NCBI GenBank assembly: GCA_036785375.1
Contig: JAWMAR010001661.1
Coordinates: 124,001-188,000 of the forward strand
Source: Leucoraja ocellata
Lineage: Eukaryota
Length of the DNA: 64,000 nt
Reading direction: 5' to 3'
Notes under the pieces: model-generated
What the model was told of the DNA's origin: nothing
The model's input: only the letters and a program-made list of their open reading frames with translations
The model's database searches: none
Shown: positions 25,645 to 38,715 of the stretch, one piece after another
Position numbering within the stretch: position 1 is the stretch's first letter
How the letters are laid out: each line of letters starts with the position of its first letter
Program-made: the position numbers and the translations under genes

Positions 25645-28600
25645 TAGAAACATAGAAACATAGAAATTAGGTGCAGGAGTAGGCCATTCGGCCCTTCGAG
25701 CCTGCACCGCCATTCAATATGATCATGGCTGATCATCCAACTCAGTATCCCGTACCTGCCTTCTCTCCATACCCTCTGATCCCCTTAGCCACAAGGGCCA
25801 CATCTAACTCCCTCTTAAATATAGCCAATGAACTGGCCTCGACTACCCTCCGCGGCAGAGAGTTCCATAGACTCACCACTCTCTGTGTGAAAAAAGTTCT
25901 TCTCATCTCGGTTTTAAAGGATTTCCCCCTTATCCTTAAGCTGTGACCCCTTGTCCTGGCTTTCACCAACATCGGGAGCAATCTTCCTGCATCTAGCCTG
26001 TCCAACCCCTTAAGAATTTTGTAAGTTTCTATAAGATCCCCTCTCAATCTCCTAAATTCTAGAGAGTATAAACCAAGTCTATCCAGTCTTTCTTCATAAG
26101 ACAGTCCTGACATCCCAGGAATCAGCCTGGTGAACCTTCTCTGCACTCCCTCTATGGCAATAATGTCCTTCCGCAGATTTGGAGACCAAAACTGTACGCA
26201 ATACTCCAGGTGTGGTCTCACCAAGACCCTGTACAACTGCAGTAGAACCTCCCTGCTCCTATACTCAAATCCTTTTAATAATAATAATAATAATAACCTT
26301 TAATAATCCTTTACAGGAAATTACAGTGCCACAACAGCTTCAAGATAGACATAACACCACACATTTCCACAGATATCTTCAATACTTAATAAGTTAAAAT
26401 TTTTGTGCATTATAAAACCTTATAGCAGCTGGTATACAAGACTTCCTATGTCTCTCCGTTTTGCACATTGGTGCAATCAGTCTCTGACTGAAGATGCTGC
26501 ACTTGATCACCTTCAGGGCGTGGAGTGGGTGAGTGGGGTTGGTCATTATTGAGCCTAGTTTTTTCAGAGTTCTGGCCTCTGCCACCTGTTGGACCGTTAG
26601 TTGCTCAGCCCCAACCACTGAGCCGGCCTTTCTGATCAGCTTGTCCAGTCTGTTTTTGTCCGCTATTCGGGCGCCTTCTCCCCAACAGGCCACAGCAAAA
26701 AAACAGAGCACTGGCCACCACTGAATGGTAGACACTGCACAGTAGGGGTTGGCAGATATTAAATGACTTTAGCCTCCTTAAAAAATACAGTCTACTTTGT
26801 CCCTTCCTGTACACCGCCTCCATATGACTCTTCCAGTCCAGCTCACTGTCAAGCTGCACACCAAGGTACGTGTGGTTGGCGACCACCTCCACCTCAGTGC
26901 CCCTGATGGTGATTGGTGTTGGTTGAGTCCTCCTCCTCCCCCTCCTGAAATCCACAACTATCTCCTTCGTTTTTGTGGTGTTGAGATGGAGGTTATTGTG
27001 TGCACTCCACTCCACAAAGTTGTTAATTGTGTCTCTATACTCCTCCTCATTGCCCCCTTTGATGAGGCCGACAACAGCTGTGTCATCTGAAAATTTCTGC
27101 AAAAAGCAGCTGCTGGTGTTATATTGACAATCCGCTGTGTAGATGGTAAACAGGAATGGAGCCAGCACAGTTCCTTGTGGAGCCCCTGTGCTGCTCATGA
27201 TGGTGCTTGAGACATTGTTCTGTAGGCGCACATACTGTGGTCTGAGGAAAAGGTAATCCAAACACCACAGTACCATTAATGGATCCACCTTCATCCTCTC
27301 CATCTTCTCCCCTAGCAGTCGGGGCTGAATTGTGTTAAAAGCGCTAGAGAAGTCAAAGAATGTAATTCTTACAGATGCATCAGGGATGTCCAGATGTGTG
27401 TACGCCCTCTGCAGCATGTAAATAAGGGCATCATCGACACTGATGTTGGGCTGATATGCAAACTGTAAAGAATCCATTTGAGTTGACACACTAGTCCTGA
27501 GGTAGGAGAGGACAAGTCTCTCAAATGTCTTCATAATATGTGAAGTGGGCGCTACTGGTCTGTAGTCATTGTGGTGAGTGGGATAGGTCTTCTTTGGGAC
27601 AGGTACCAGGCAAGATGTTTTCCACAGCCTTGGGACCTTCTGTAGACGCAAGCTCAGGTTGAACAGGTGTGTTAGAATACCACACAGCTCTGAGGAGCAA
27701 GTCTTCAGTAGCCTTGGGCTGATGTCATCGGGCCCCACTGCTTTCCCTGGCTTCAGTCTGTTCAGCATCATCTTGACCTGCGCAGTATGAAGAGTCATAG
27801 GTGGGGCTGGTGGTGGAGTAGGAGGTGGGAAGGGGGGACCCCGTGCAGATGACATCTCAGGAGTATTGGAGAGAGGGAGGGGAGATGGTGAGGAAGCATC
27901 AACGGTCAGCAGACCAGGTGGGGGAGGCTGAGATTGTGTTGGGCAGTCAAATCTGTTGAAAAATCTGTTCAGATCATCAGCCAGACTCTGTTCACCATCA
28001 GGCAGTGTACCACCCTTCTGCTTCATACCCGTGATCTTTTTCATTCCAGCCCATACCTGCTTCACCCCATCTTGCTGCAGCTGTCGTTCCAGTTTGAGCC
28101 TATATGCTTCTTTCCCCTCCTTAATCCTCACCTTCAGTTCCCTTTGAATTTCTTTGATTTTATTCCTGTCACCCACCCTGAAAGCCTTTTTCTTCTCATT
28201 TAGTAAGGCCTTCAGGCTGCTGGTAATCCATGGTTTGTTATTGGGGTAGCAACGAATTACCCTGGATGGCATGATGTCATCATAACAGAAATTGATGTAA
28301 TGGGTAATGCATTCTGTTAGGCCGTCAATGTCTTCCCCATACTCCTCACAGAACACATCCCAATCTGTTGTCTCAAAACAGCACCTTAGGCCTTTTGCTA
28401 TGAAAGCTAACGTACCATTCGCATTCTTCAGTGCCTGCTGCACCTGCATGCCTACTTTCAATGACTGGTGTACCATGACACCCAGGTCTCGCTGCATCTC
28501 CCCTTTTCCTAATCGGCCACCATTTAGATGATAGTCTGCTTTCCTGTTTTTGTCACCAAAATGGATAACCTCACATTTATCCACATTATACTGCATCTGC

Positions 28601-29240
28601 CAAACATTTGCCCACTTACCCAGCCTATCCAAGTCACCTTGCAGTCTCCTAGCATCCTCCTCACAGCTAACACTGCCCCCCAGCTTAGTGTCATCCGCAA
28701 ACTTGGAGATATTGCCTTCAATTCCCTCATCCAGATCATTAATATATATTGTAAATAGCTGGGATCCCAGCACTGAGCCTTGCGGTACCCCACTAGTCAC
28801 TGCCTGCCATTGTGAAAAGGACCCGTTTATTCTTACTCTTTGCTTCCTGTTTGCCAGCCAGTTCTCTATCCACATCAATACTGAACCCCCAATGCCATGT
28901 ACATTAAGTTTGTATCCTAATTTCTTATGTGGGACCTTGTCGAAAGCCTTCTGGAAGTCCAGATACACCACATCCACTGGTTCTCCCCTATCCACGCTAC
29001 TAGTTACATCCTCGAAAAATTCTATCAGATTCGTCAGACATGATTTACCTTTCGTAAATCCATGCTGACTTTGTCCAATGATTTCACCACTTTCCAAATG
29101 TGCTGCTATCCCATCTTTAATAACTGACTCTAGCAGTTTCCCCACTACCGATGTTAGACTAACTGGTCTGTAATTCCCCGTTTTCTCTCTCCCTCCCTTC
29201 TTAAAAAGTGGGGTTATTTTTGCTACCCGCCAATCCTCAG
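25645..29240 (-). mobile_element. 5'-truncated CR1 LINE with nested Rex1/Babar, copy A
   Basis: CR1 RT motifs and (AAACATAG)n tail; uninterrupted paralog at 62030..63505. Confidence 0.88.
26277..28390 (-). mobile_element. 5'-truncated Rex1/Babar LINE, copy A only
   Basis: (TAA)n tail; RT FFDFSSAFNTI, GAPQGTVLAP, KFSDDT; 6-bp TSD CCTTTT at 26271-26276 / 28391-28396. Confidence 0.88.
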
Positions 29241-29700
29241 TCGTCATGGGCCCCAGTATCGGGCCCATGTCTCCCTCCAGAGTTACCACCTTAGGAGACA
29301 GATGTTATAGTTAGATGTTTTGCCAGAAAAGTGGAAGGAAGTGGAAGCAGTAATATGGCGTGGAAATGCTTCTTCTGCACCGGGACCAAATGGAGTCCAT
29401 AACCGGGTACATAAAAGTGCACATGATGTGCTTAGATTCTCGCAGAGGCTCTGTCCAATAGTTTGGTAGAAGCAGGTCATACCAAGGGTTTGGCATAGAG
29501 CAGGGGGAATGTTCATTCCCTAGAAGAAAGAGTCTCCAGAGTTAAATCAGTTTAGGCTGTTTGTCTCCTAAATGTAGATGGCAAGATTTTCTTTAGCATA
29601 GTGGCACAGAGGCTAGCAAGTTATATAGAAAGGAACAGGTTAATTGATCCCACAGTGCAGAAAGCAGGTGTACCAGGGTTCGCAGGTTACTTAGAACACA
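29240..29700 (+). mobile_element. Decayed restriction-like-endonuclease-type non-LTR RT fragment (HERO-like; also 63505-64000)
   Basis: Frameshifted translation gives SSAPGPNGV...LLNVDGKIFFSIVAQRLASY...TVQKAGVPGFAGYLEH. Confidence 0.6.
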
Positions 29701-29714
29701 TTAGTTAAATATAA

Positions 29715-31010
29715 AAACATAGAAAATAGGTGCAGGCGGAGGTCGTTTGGCCTATCGAGCACAAACCGTCATTCAATGTGATCGTCCAAAATCATTACCC
29801 CGTTCTTGCTTTCTCCCCGTATCCCTTGATTCCATTATCCCCAAGCACTATATCTAGCTCTCTCTTGAAAACATCCAGTGAATTGGCCTCCACTGCCTTC
29901 TGAGGCAGAGAATTCCACAAATTCACAACTCTCTTGCTAAAAAAAAGGTTTTCCTCATCTCAGTACTAAATGGCCTAATCCTTATTCTTAAATCGTGACC
30001 CATAGGTCTGAACCCCCAATATCAGGAACATTTTTCCTGCATCCAGCCTGTCCAAACCCTTAAGAATTATATATCGTTCTATAAGATCTCCTCTCACCCA
30101 TCTTAATCCCTTCATTTAAGCCCAGTCGATCCATTCTTTCATCACATGTCTGTCCAGACATCCCGAGAATTAACCCTGTGAACCTACGCTGTGCTCATTC
30201 ATTGACACAAATGTCCTTCCGCAAATTAGGAGACCAAAATTGCACCAGATGCTCAGGTGTGTTCTCACCAGAGCCCTGTACAACCCACTACCAATGTCAG
30301 GCTAACTGGTCTATAATTCCCTGTTTTCTCTTTCCCCTCTTTCTTAAAAGGTGGGGTTACATTAGGTACCCTCCAGTTCACTGGAACTAACCAAATGTCT
30401 ATAGAACATTGGAAAATGATTACCAATACATGCGCGATTTCGAGGGCCACCTCCTTGTGTTGTTTCGGATGCAGACCATCAGGCCCTGGGGATTTACATG
30501 TCTTCTGTCCCAACAGTTTACCTAACAACATTTCCTGAATCATGTGGATTCCCTTCACTTCCTCCCTCCCACTAGATCCTCGGTCCCCTTGTATTTCTGG
30601 AAGATTGTTTGTGTCTTCCTTAGTGAAGACAGAACCAAAGTATTTGTGTAACTGGTCTGCCAATTTCTTGTTTCCCAGTATAAATTAACCTGTTTCTGAC
30701 TGTAAGGGGCCTATATTTGTCTTCACTAATATTTCCCGCACAAATTTCCTTTCATGCTCTATTTACCCCCACTGAATTCATCCATTTGTCCTCCTCTGTT
30801 AAATATTAAATTTAAATTTCTCCCAGTTTGTTGCTTTAACTGGCCAATTTATATGCCTGGATTTAATATTCCCTAATTTCCATTATTTGCCACTGTTGAG
30901 CCGCCTTCCCTGTTTTATTTTTACACCTGACGGGTGAACAATTGGTGCAATTCATCCATAGGATCTTTAAATGTTTGCCATTGCATATCTATCGTCAAGC
31001 CTTTAAGTAT
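29715..31010 (-). mobile_element. Old CR1 fragment
   Basis: KSPGPDGLHP and NYRPVSLT in ORF 30265..30663. Confidence 0.75.
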
Positions 31011-31014
31011 CATT

Positions 31015-31740
31015 TCAATTCAATTCAATTCAATTCAACTTTAATGTCATTGCACAAATACGAGTATGGGTACAACGAAATGCAGTTTAGCGTCAGTCCA
31101 TAGTATAGTGCAATATAGAAATAAAAATAAAAAATATAGAATAATCAAACAATAATCGAAATCGAACGGTGTGGACGGAGAAACTGGAGAAATCTATCGG
31201 CGGGACTCCGAGTTCAGTAATGTGATGGTATTATTGTAGAAGCTGTTCCTCATCGTACTGGTACGAGACCTGAGGCTCCTGTACCGCCTCCCTGATGGGA
31301 GGAGGGCAAACAGTCCATGGTTGGGGTGGGAGGGGTCTTTGATGATCTTCCCGGCCCGTCTCAGACACCGTTTTCGGTGGAGGGCATCCATGGCAGGGAG
31401 CGGGGCACCGATGATGTGCTGCGCGGTTTTCACCACCCGTTGTAGTGCCTTCCTGTCCGCTACGGTGCAACTGCTGTACCATACCGTGAAGCAGGTGGTC
31501 AGGATGCTTTTGATGGTACAGCGGTAAAAGTTGGTCAGGATCTGGGGGGACAGGTGGGCTTTCTTGAGCCTCCTCAGGAAGTAAAGGCGCTGCTGTGCCT
31601 TTTTGATCAGCTTGGAGGTGTTGAGGGAGCAGGACAGATCCTCCGAGATGTGTACCCCGAGGAATTTGTAGTTGGAGACGCGCTCCACCTCAGTCCCGTT
31701 TATATGGATGGGGGTATGTCTGCACCCTCTGACCTTCCTG
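31015..31740 (-). mobile_element. Rex1/Babar 3' fragment (same family as 57455..60615)
   Basis: (TTCAA)n tail; YKFLGVHISEDL...AQQRLYFLRRL. Confidence 0.88.
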
Positions 31741-31889
31741 AATTCAGTTTATCCTAGCAAATTCCCGTATCATACCATCAAAAGCCAATACGCGTCTCAC
31801 ACCGTCAAAATCTGATTCAGTATGAACACAGTTATGAATAGTTATGGCACTAGATTCAGACTGCCAAGCTCAAGAGAAGAGGTTTGCAT

Positions 31890-33495
31890 GGCCTTTCTAC
31901 CAAGAAGATTTGAGTATAGGAACAAAGAGGTCCTTCTGCTGTTGCACAGGGCCCTAGTCAGACCACACCTGGAGTATTGTGTACAGTTTTGGTCCCCTAA
32001 TTTGAGGAAGGACATTTTTGCTATTCAGAGAGTGCAGCGTTATGAGGTAGCGCAGCGCTAATGTTATCCCACTTTTCAAGAAAGGAGCGAGAGAGAAAAC
32101 GGGGAATTACAGGCCAGTTAGCCTGACTTCGATGATGGGAAAGATGCTGGAGTCAATTATTAAAGAGGTGATAATGGGGCATTTGGATAGCAGTAAAAGG
32201 ATTAGTCCAAGTCAACATGGTTTTATGAAAGGGAAATCATGCTTGACTAATCTTCTGGAATGTTTTGAGGATGTGACAAGTAAAATGGATGAAGGGGTGC
32301 CAGTGGATGTAGTGTATCTAGACTTTCAGAAAGCCTTTGATAAGGTCCCGCACGGGAGACTGGTGACCAAAATTAGAACACATGGTATTGGGGGTAGGGT
32401 GTTGACATGGATAGAAAATTGGTTGGCAGACCAGAAGCAAATAGTAGAAGTGAACGGGTCCTTTTCAGAATGGCAGGCAGTGGTGAGTGGAGTGCCGCAA
32501 GGCTCGGTGTTGGGGCCGCAACTGTTTACCATATATATATTCATGATTTGGAAGAGGGAATTAGGAGCAACACTAGCAAGTTTGCGGATGACACAAAGCT
32601 GGGTGACAGTGTGAACTGTGAAGTGGATGTTAGGAGGTTGCAGGGTGACATGGACAGGTTGAGTAAGTGGGCAGATGCGTGGCAGATGCAGTATAATATA
32701 GATAAATGTGAGGTTATCCACTTTGGCGGCAAAAACAAGGGGGCAGATTATTATCTCAATGGGGTTAGGTTAGATAAGGGGGAGGTACAGCGAGACCTGG
32801 GTGTCCTTGTACACCGGTCACTGAAAGTTGGCTTACAGGTACAGCAGGCAGTGAAGAAAGCTAATGGAATGTTGCTCTTCATAACAAGAGGATTTCAGTA
32901 TAGTAGTAAAGAGGTTCTTCTGCAGTTGTATAGGGCTCTGGTGAGACCACATCTGGAGTATTGTGTACAGTTTTGGTCTCCTAATTTGAGGAAGGACATT
33001 CTTGTGATTGAGGCAGTGCAGCGTAGGTTCACGAGATTGATCCCTGGGATGGCGGGACTATCATTTGAGGAAAGATTGAAAAGACTAGGCTTGTATTCAC
33101 TGGAGTTTAGAAGGATGAGGGGGATTCTTATAGAAACATATAAAATTATAAAAGGACTGGACAAACTAGATGCAGGAAAAAATATTCCCAATGTTGGGCG
33201 TCCAGAACCAGGGGCCACAGTCTTAGAATAAAGGGAGGTCATTTAAGACTGAGGTGAGAAAAAACGTTTTCACCCAGAGAGTTGTGAATTTGTGGAATTC
33301 CCTGCCACAGAGGGCAGTGGAGGCCAAGTCACTGGATGGATTTAAGAGAGAGTTAGATAGAGCTCTGGGGTAGTGGAGTCAAGGGATATGGGTAGAAGGC
33401 AGGCACGGGTTATTGATTGGGGACGATCAGCCATGATCACAATGAATGGCGGTGCTGGCTCGAAGGGCCGAATGGCCTCCTCCTGCACCTATTTT
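31890..33495 (+). mobile_element. CR1 LINE RT region, 5'-truncated
   Basis: QHGFMKGKSCLTNL, YLDFQKAFDKV, KFADDTK motifs and 3'UTR. Confidence 0.88.
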
Positions 33496-34380
33496 CTATG
33501 TGTCTATGTGTCTATGTCTCTATGTCTCTATGTTTCTATGTCTCTATGTGTCCATGTGTCTATGTGTCTGTGTGTCTATGTCTCTATGTCCCTATGTCTC
33601 TATGTGTCTATGTGTCTATGTGTCTATGTGTCTATGGGTCTATGTGTCTATGCCTCTATGTCTCTATGTGTCTATGTGTCTATGTCTCTATGTCTCTATG
33701 TGTCTATGTCTCTATGTGTATATGTCTCTATGTGTCTATGTTTCTATGTCTCTATATGTCTATGTGTCTATGTGTCTATGTGTCTATGTATCTATGTCTC
33801 TATGTGTCTATGTGTCTATGTTTCTATGTCTCTATGTGTCTATGTGTCTATGTGTCTATGTGTCTATGTCTCTATGTGTCTATGTGTCTATATCTCTATG
33901 TCTCTATGTCTCTATGTGTCTATGTGTCTATGTTTCTATGTTTCTATGTCTCTATGTGTCTATGTGTCTATGTCTCTATGTGTCTATGTGTCTATATCTC
34001 TATGTCTCTATGTCTCTATGTGTCTATGTGTCTATATCTCTATGTCTCTATGTCTCTATGTGTCTATGTGTCTATATCTCCATGTCTCTATGTCTCTATG
34101 TGTCTATGTGTCTATGTTTCTATGTCTCTATGTGTCTATGTGTCTATGTCTCTATGTCTCTATGTGTCTATGTGTCTATTTGCCTATGTGTCTATGTCTC
34201 TATGTGTCTATGTGTCTATGTGTCTATGTGTCTATGTCTCTATGTGTCTATGTGTCTGTGTCTCTATGTGTCTATGTGTCTATGTCTCTATGTGTCTATG
34301 TCTCTATGTCTCTATGTCTCTATGTGTCTATGTGTCTATGTGTCTATGTTTCTATGTCTCTATGCTTCTATGCTTCTATA
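33495..34380. repeat. Expanded 8-mer microsatellite (CTATGTST)n, the CR1 tail
   Basis: About 890 bp of ctatgtgt/ctatgtct/ctatgttt directly after the CR1 3'UTR. Confidence 0.95.
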
Positions 34381-34384
34381 GCCA

Positions 34385-35375
34385 CCTGGTCGCAGGGGGG
34401 GGGGGGGGGGTTGTGGTCTTCCTCGCCACCACGTCGTTCTGTGCTTCAAACCGGGTGTTGAACATGTTCAGCGCATCAGGCAGAGATACATCGCTGTCAC
34501 AGGCTGGTGTTGATGTCCTGAAATTGGTGATGGCTTGGATGCCTTGCCACAGCTTCAGTGTGTCCCTGCTGTCACTGAAGTGGCCGTGGATTTTCCTTGC
34601 ATGCGCTCGCTTTGCTTCCCTGATGGCCCGGGACAGTTTGTCCCTCGCTGTTCTCAGGGACTCCTTATCGCTTGCTCTGAAGGCCGTGTCTCGGGCTCTC
34701 AGCAGCGCACGTACCTCTGCAGTCATCCATGGTTTACTGTTGGGGACGTGGGGTGATGAGCTCAGTGACAGTAATGTCATCAATGTATTTACTGATGTAA
34801 CCAGTCACTGATGCCGTGTACTCCTCCAAGCCAGTGGTGCCGCCGGTGGTTGCTGCCTCCCTAAACATGTGCTAGTCAATGCAGTCCTGGAGAGCAGAGA
34901 TGGCTCCTGCTGGCCAGGTCTTCACCTGTTTTTTAGCTGGTCTGGAGCATCTGACAAGCAGTCTGTATGCTGGGATCAGCATGACAGAGATGTGGTCTGA
35001 GTATCCGAGATGGGGACGTGACTACACCCTGTACGCGCTGGGCATATTGGTGTAAACAAGATCTAGCACATTCTCCCCCCTCGTTGCAAAGTCCACATGT
35101 TGGTAACATTTAGGTAGCCCAGTTTTGAGATTTGCACGGTTACAATCTCCTACGGCAATAAACAGTCCTTCTGGGTGTGTGTTTTGTAGATTGCATAAAG
35201 CTCCATACAGTACAGTACAGCTAGTGTTTCCTTAGCATTAGCACTGGGGGGGATGTGAACAGCAACAATGAGCACTGTGGTAAACTCCCGTGGCAAATAA
35301 AAAGGTCTACATCTCACAATCGCATTCTCCACCAGCAATGAACAGAACTTGGAGACTAAGACAGAGTTGTTGCAT
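34385..35375 (-). mobile_element. Rex1/Babar internal fragment (APE end and linker)
   Basis: RCRPFYLPREFT and [15 protein letters not shown]. Confidence 0.78.
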
Positions 35376-35899
35376 GAGTGGTGGTGGGTAACATCTGACT
35401 TGTTTAGACTGCACAGTATAGATGGGTTCCAAATAGAATTTGCTGGCTCACTGCCACCCATGCAGCATGCCCCAAACCGTACGTGAATAGTCCATCTGGA
35501 GCTACGGGAATAGTCCCCGAGGATTGGCGTACTGCTGAACGTTCGTAGTGATTCCTTGCAACGAGGTTTAATGTAACTAACAATATTGCTAGTCAGAGTC
35601 TATGATGCTCTTAGGGACCTTGACATACTGGTGTAGATGCATGATCACACGCAACCCAAGGTCCATGGGATATGCAACATCTAGTTTGGTCCGTGTCCCT
35701 GTCTACTCTGCTTGACTAATCATAACAAAACATGTTATTATAGCCCACAGATATGATCATTCTATCCAGTGTAGCAATGACTACACCCGTAGCAAATCGA
35801 CAGGCATCGTGAACCAGTACACCGATTCACATCAACAAATTCACCCGCAAATTGTGCACCTCAAACATCAGTACTTTTAAATCGACGGGCTTCGTGAAC

Positions 35900-38715
35900 C
35901 AATACACTTAGTAATTAAAGATAATTTATGCCATATGTCTCGAGCAAAGGTTCTTCCTCTGCATTCCATCTACCTCCACAGCTTGAGATGGCATCCGCAG
36001 CTCCCCATTCCAGTGCACTTGCATCTGTTTATAAAATGGTAGGGTGTGATTCATTCTGAATTTTCCTGTAAGAGTAATCCACATTTTTAATCCACCATTT
36101 TATATCCTCAATTGCTGTGTTAGTTAGTTGTATAGGCCTATCGTAACATCCAGCATGTCTTCCCAATACTGATATCTTTGCGCACTGTAGCTGTCTGATA
36201 ATTCAGTGGTCCAAACAGAACAGCTGGAAATGAAGCAATTAACTTGCGAATTAGATTTGCTACTTGACTGATTGATGGTTGTTTGCCTGCAATTAACTCC
36301 TTACAACCCTTAATCACTTGCAACTTTTTGTCCTTGGGTAAGCTCACTGTCTTGTGTTCTGAATTAATAGTGAACCCCAAGTAATCAATTATTTTGTTAG
36401 GTGTCAGTCTGGATATCTCTGAATGAATGACAAATCCCATTCTTTGAAATGTGAGGTTTACTTTTTAAAACAGAAGCTGCTGTCATGGCTTCAGTATCTC
36501 CCACAATTAAAATGTCATCCAAATAAGCCATTATCAAATGGCCTTGAGTTCTTAACAATGCTAAAATTGACTTCAACAGTTTTGTAAACCATCTGGGGCT
36601 TTAAACTGCCACATTTGAGACATCCAGACACATTTCAAATATCTGCGATGTTGCACATGCACCACAACAGAATTATGTGCATCTTGGAGATCAATGCTTG
36701 CCATATAGCATTCTGTTGAAATTAATTGCAAAGCATTCGTACAAGTCTCCATTTTGAAATGTTTATACTGCACAAAAGAGTTAAGACTTGTGAGGTCCAA
36801 AATGATTCTAGTACCCCCAATCCTTTTTTGTTCTAGAGAAAATACTAGATACAAAGTGATGGTTTTGATAAGTTGTTTTCTCTATTACCCCTTTTTTACT
36901 CCAAATCTCAATTTCTATTTTAATTCTTATCATCTCTTCTTTAGAGCAGGAATATATTCTTTTTGTAATATGTTGTGTAGGTGGATTTTAATTCTGGTAA
37001 AATTAAATTCTAAACCCCATAATTCTGCACAGTATATATGCATCAGATGTTATTAGTTTCCATTCTTTTAAAAATAATTGTAACCTACCCCCAACTTGTA
37101 AGTAGGATACATCTGATATGTTTCTTTCAGAACCAGAGCCACCTACCTCAGAGTTTACTGGTGTCACTTTTTGTACATTGCCCCTTGTGGAAATACCATG
37201 ACCTCCATGTCCTGGGGTTGGATGTCCATATCTTGTATGTGAGTACAAGCGACTTGTTCAATCACCAGTTCCCCTTCGGTATGGATATTGCCTTCTAGCT
37301 GTGCTGCAAACATCGGTGGTTTCATCATCCCGATGGTTTTTGATTCTTCGTTGAGAACCTTTAGTTATTTGGCAAGCTCTTCTCCAAAGAGTACATTTGG
37401 CAATTGTATATTAGATGGTTTACAGAGCCCTGCAAACTTAGGATGTATGTTAGGTCTTAACGCAGTTTTACAAATACAGTTTATTTCAAAATGTGCATTC
37501 CACATCATTCCCATTACATCCTGTTGTACCATTGTCACATTTCCTTCTTCCAGATCTTTGACAAATGCCGTAATATTTGACCCAATCAATCTTAATTCCC
37601 GCTGTAATCTAATTTCTTGAGCTCTTACTACAATGCCCATATACTTCCACACTTCTTTGTTAACAGCTGGCACTCCTAGCAGAGCACAGTTCTGCGGGAT
37701 TTCATATTTGTTCATAACTTCATCCATTGTTGCATCTTGTGATTGATGGGAAAGCAGGTAATTTATACTCTCTGCTATTTCCTCTGGAAGAGGTTGTCCC
37801 TTGTGTCTGGGACTATAGAACTTTTGGACCAGCACTGGCATTTTTCTTTTTTGCTTTGGGTTCTGGCCCTCAACTGGTTCATTATCAGAGTATTCTGGAT
37901 ATTCCTCCTCATAATGGGTTTCACTTGTATATTCATCATCAGGTATTTCATGCGATGGCTCTAATATAGGCCGATGCTTTTTTGTCCCTCTTTGGCTACA
38001 TCAAGCTCTTCATTTGAGCTGTATATTGGCAGCCCACTTTTGGGTGCTGCTCCATATTCGGGGTCTCCTGTAGACCAACGCCTGTATTGTCTTTCAGACA
38101 TTTCTGGTGCTGCCTCCGTGTCAGGTCAGCCCATATATTCATCTTTATCATCAGGCATTTCGTTCGCTGGCTCAAATCTGGGCCAACGTTTCCCAGAACC
38201 TCTTGCGGTTGCTCTTTACGCCGCGTCTTTTATACTCCTTCTGGAGTTTGTTTTACCCATGAGGAATTCCAGTTTATAAATTCTATAGTTCAGACTCTTC
38301 ATAGTCTTCCAGGTCTGTTATTTCTTTATGGCCTTGCTCCCTATGGAAGTTTCAACGGGACTTCCCCCCCCCCCCCCGTGTAAAATAGTTATTTCTTTAC
38401 AATCGACTTTTTAGTCGGGCGCCCGCTACTCTCAGACACTTGGTCTTATTGAGTGCTTACTGCGATGCGCTTACTATTCTTCCTCCCACCTTTCTCCATA
38501 CATAAGACTTGCCTGTGTCTCTGCACGCAGTCTCCGAAAAAAAGCAGCCTGAAAGTAGAAGTAGAAAATACTTACATTCAGGTTTTGTTTCACTCACCGC
38601 TTAGAGGTTCCACACCTCCTACCGCGGTGGCAGCGCAATGCGTCTGACGAGATGACCCGCATGCGCCTGGACGGCCATCTTCACGTGGTCACTCACGTGA
38701 CTACGAAGTAAAATT
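35900..38715 (-). mobile_element. DIRS-type retrotransposon remnant (gag, RT, RNase H; degenerate), copy B
   Basis: GGTRIILDLTSLN...FKMET...MASIDLQDA, MAYLDDILIVG, YLGFTINS and TDASALEWGA motifs, with stops and frameshifts. No tyrosine recombinase seen. Confidence 0.8.

Larger units (their letters stand above)
4050..29470. repeat. Segmental duplication, copy A
   Basis: Colinear, high identity to ~36920..64000, including unique introns, exons and gap positions. Confidence 0.9.

Noticed and set aside
33373-34811. Long Cys/Met/Val-rich ORFs (311-464 aa)
   Set aside because: Translations of the stop-free (CTATGTST)n microsatellite.
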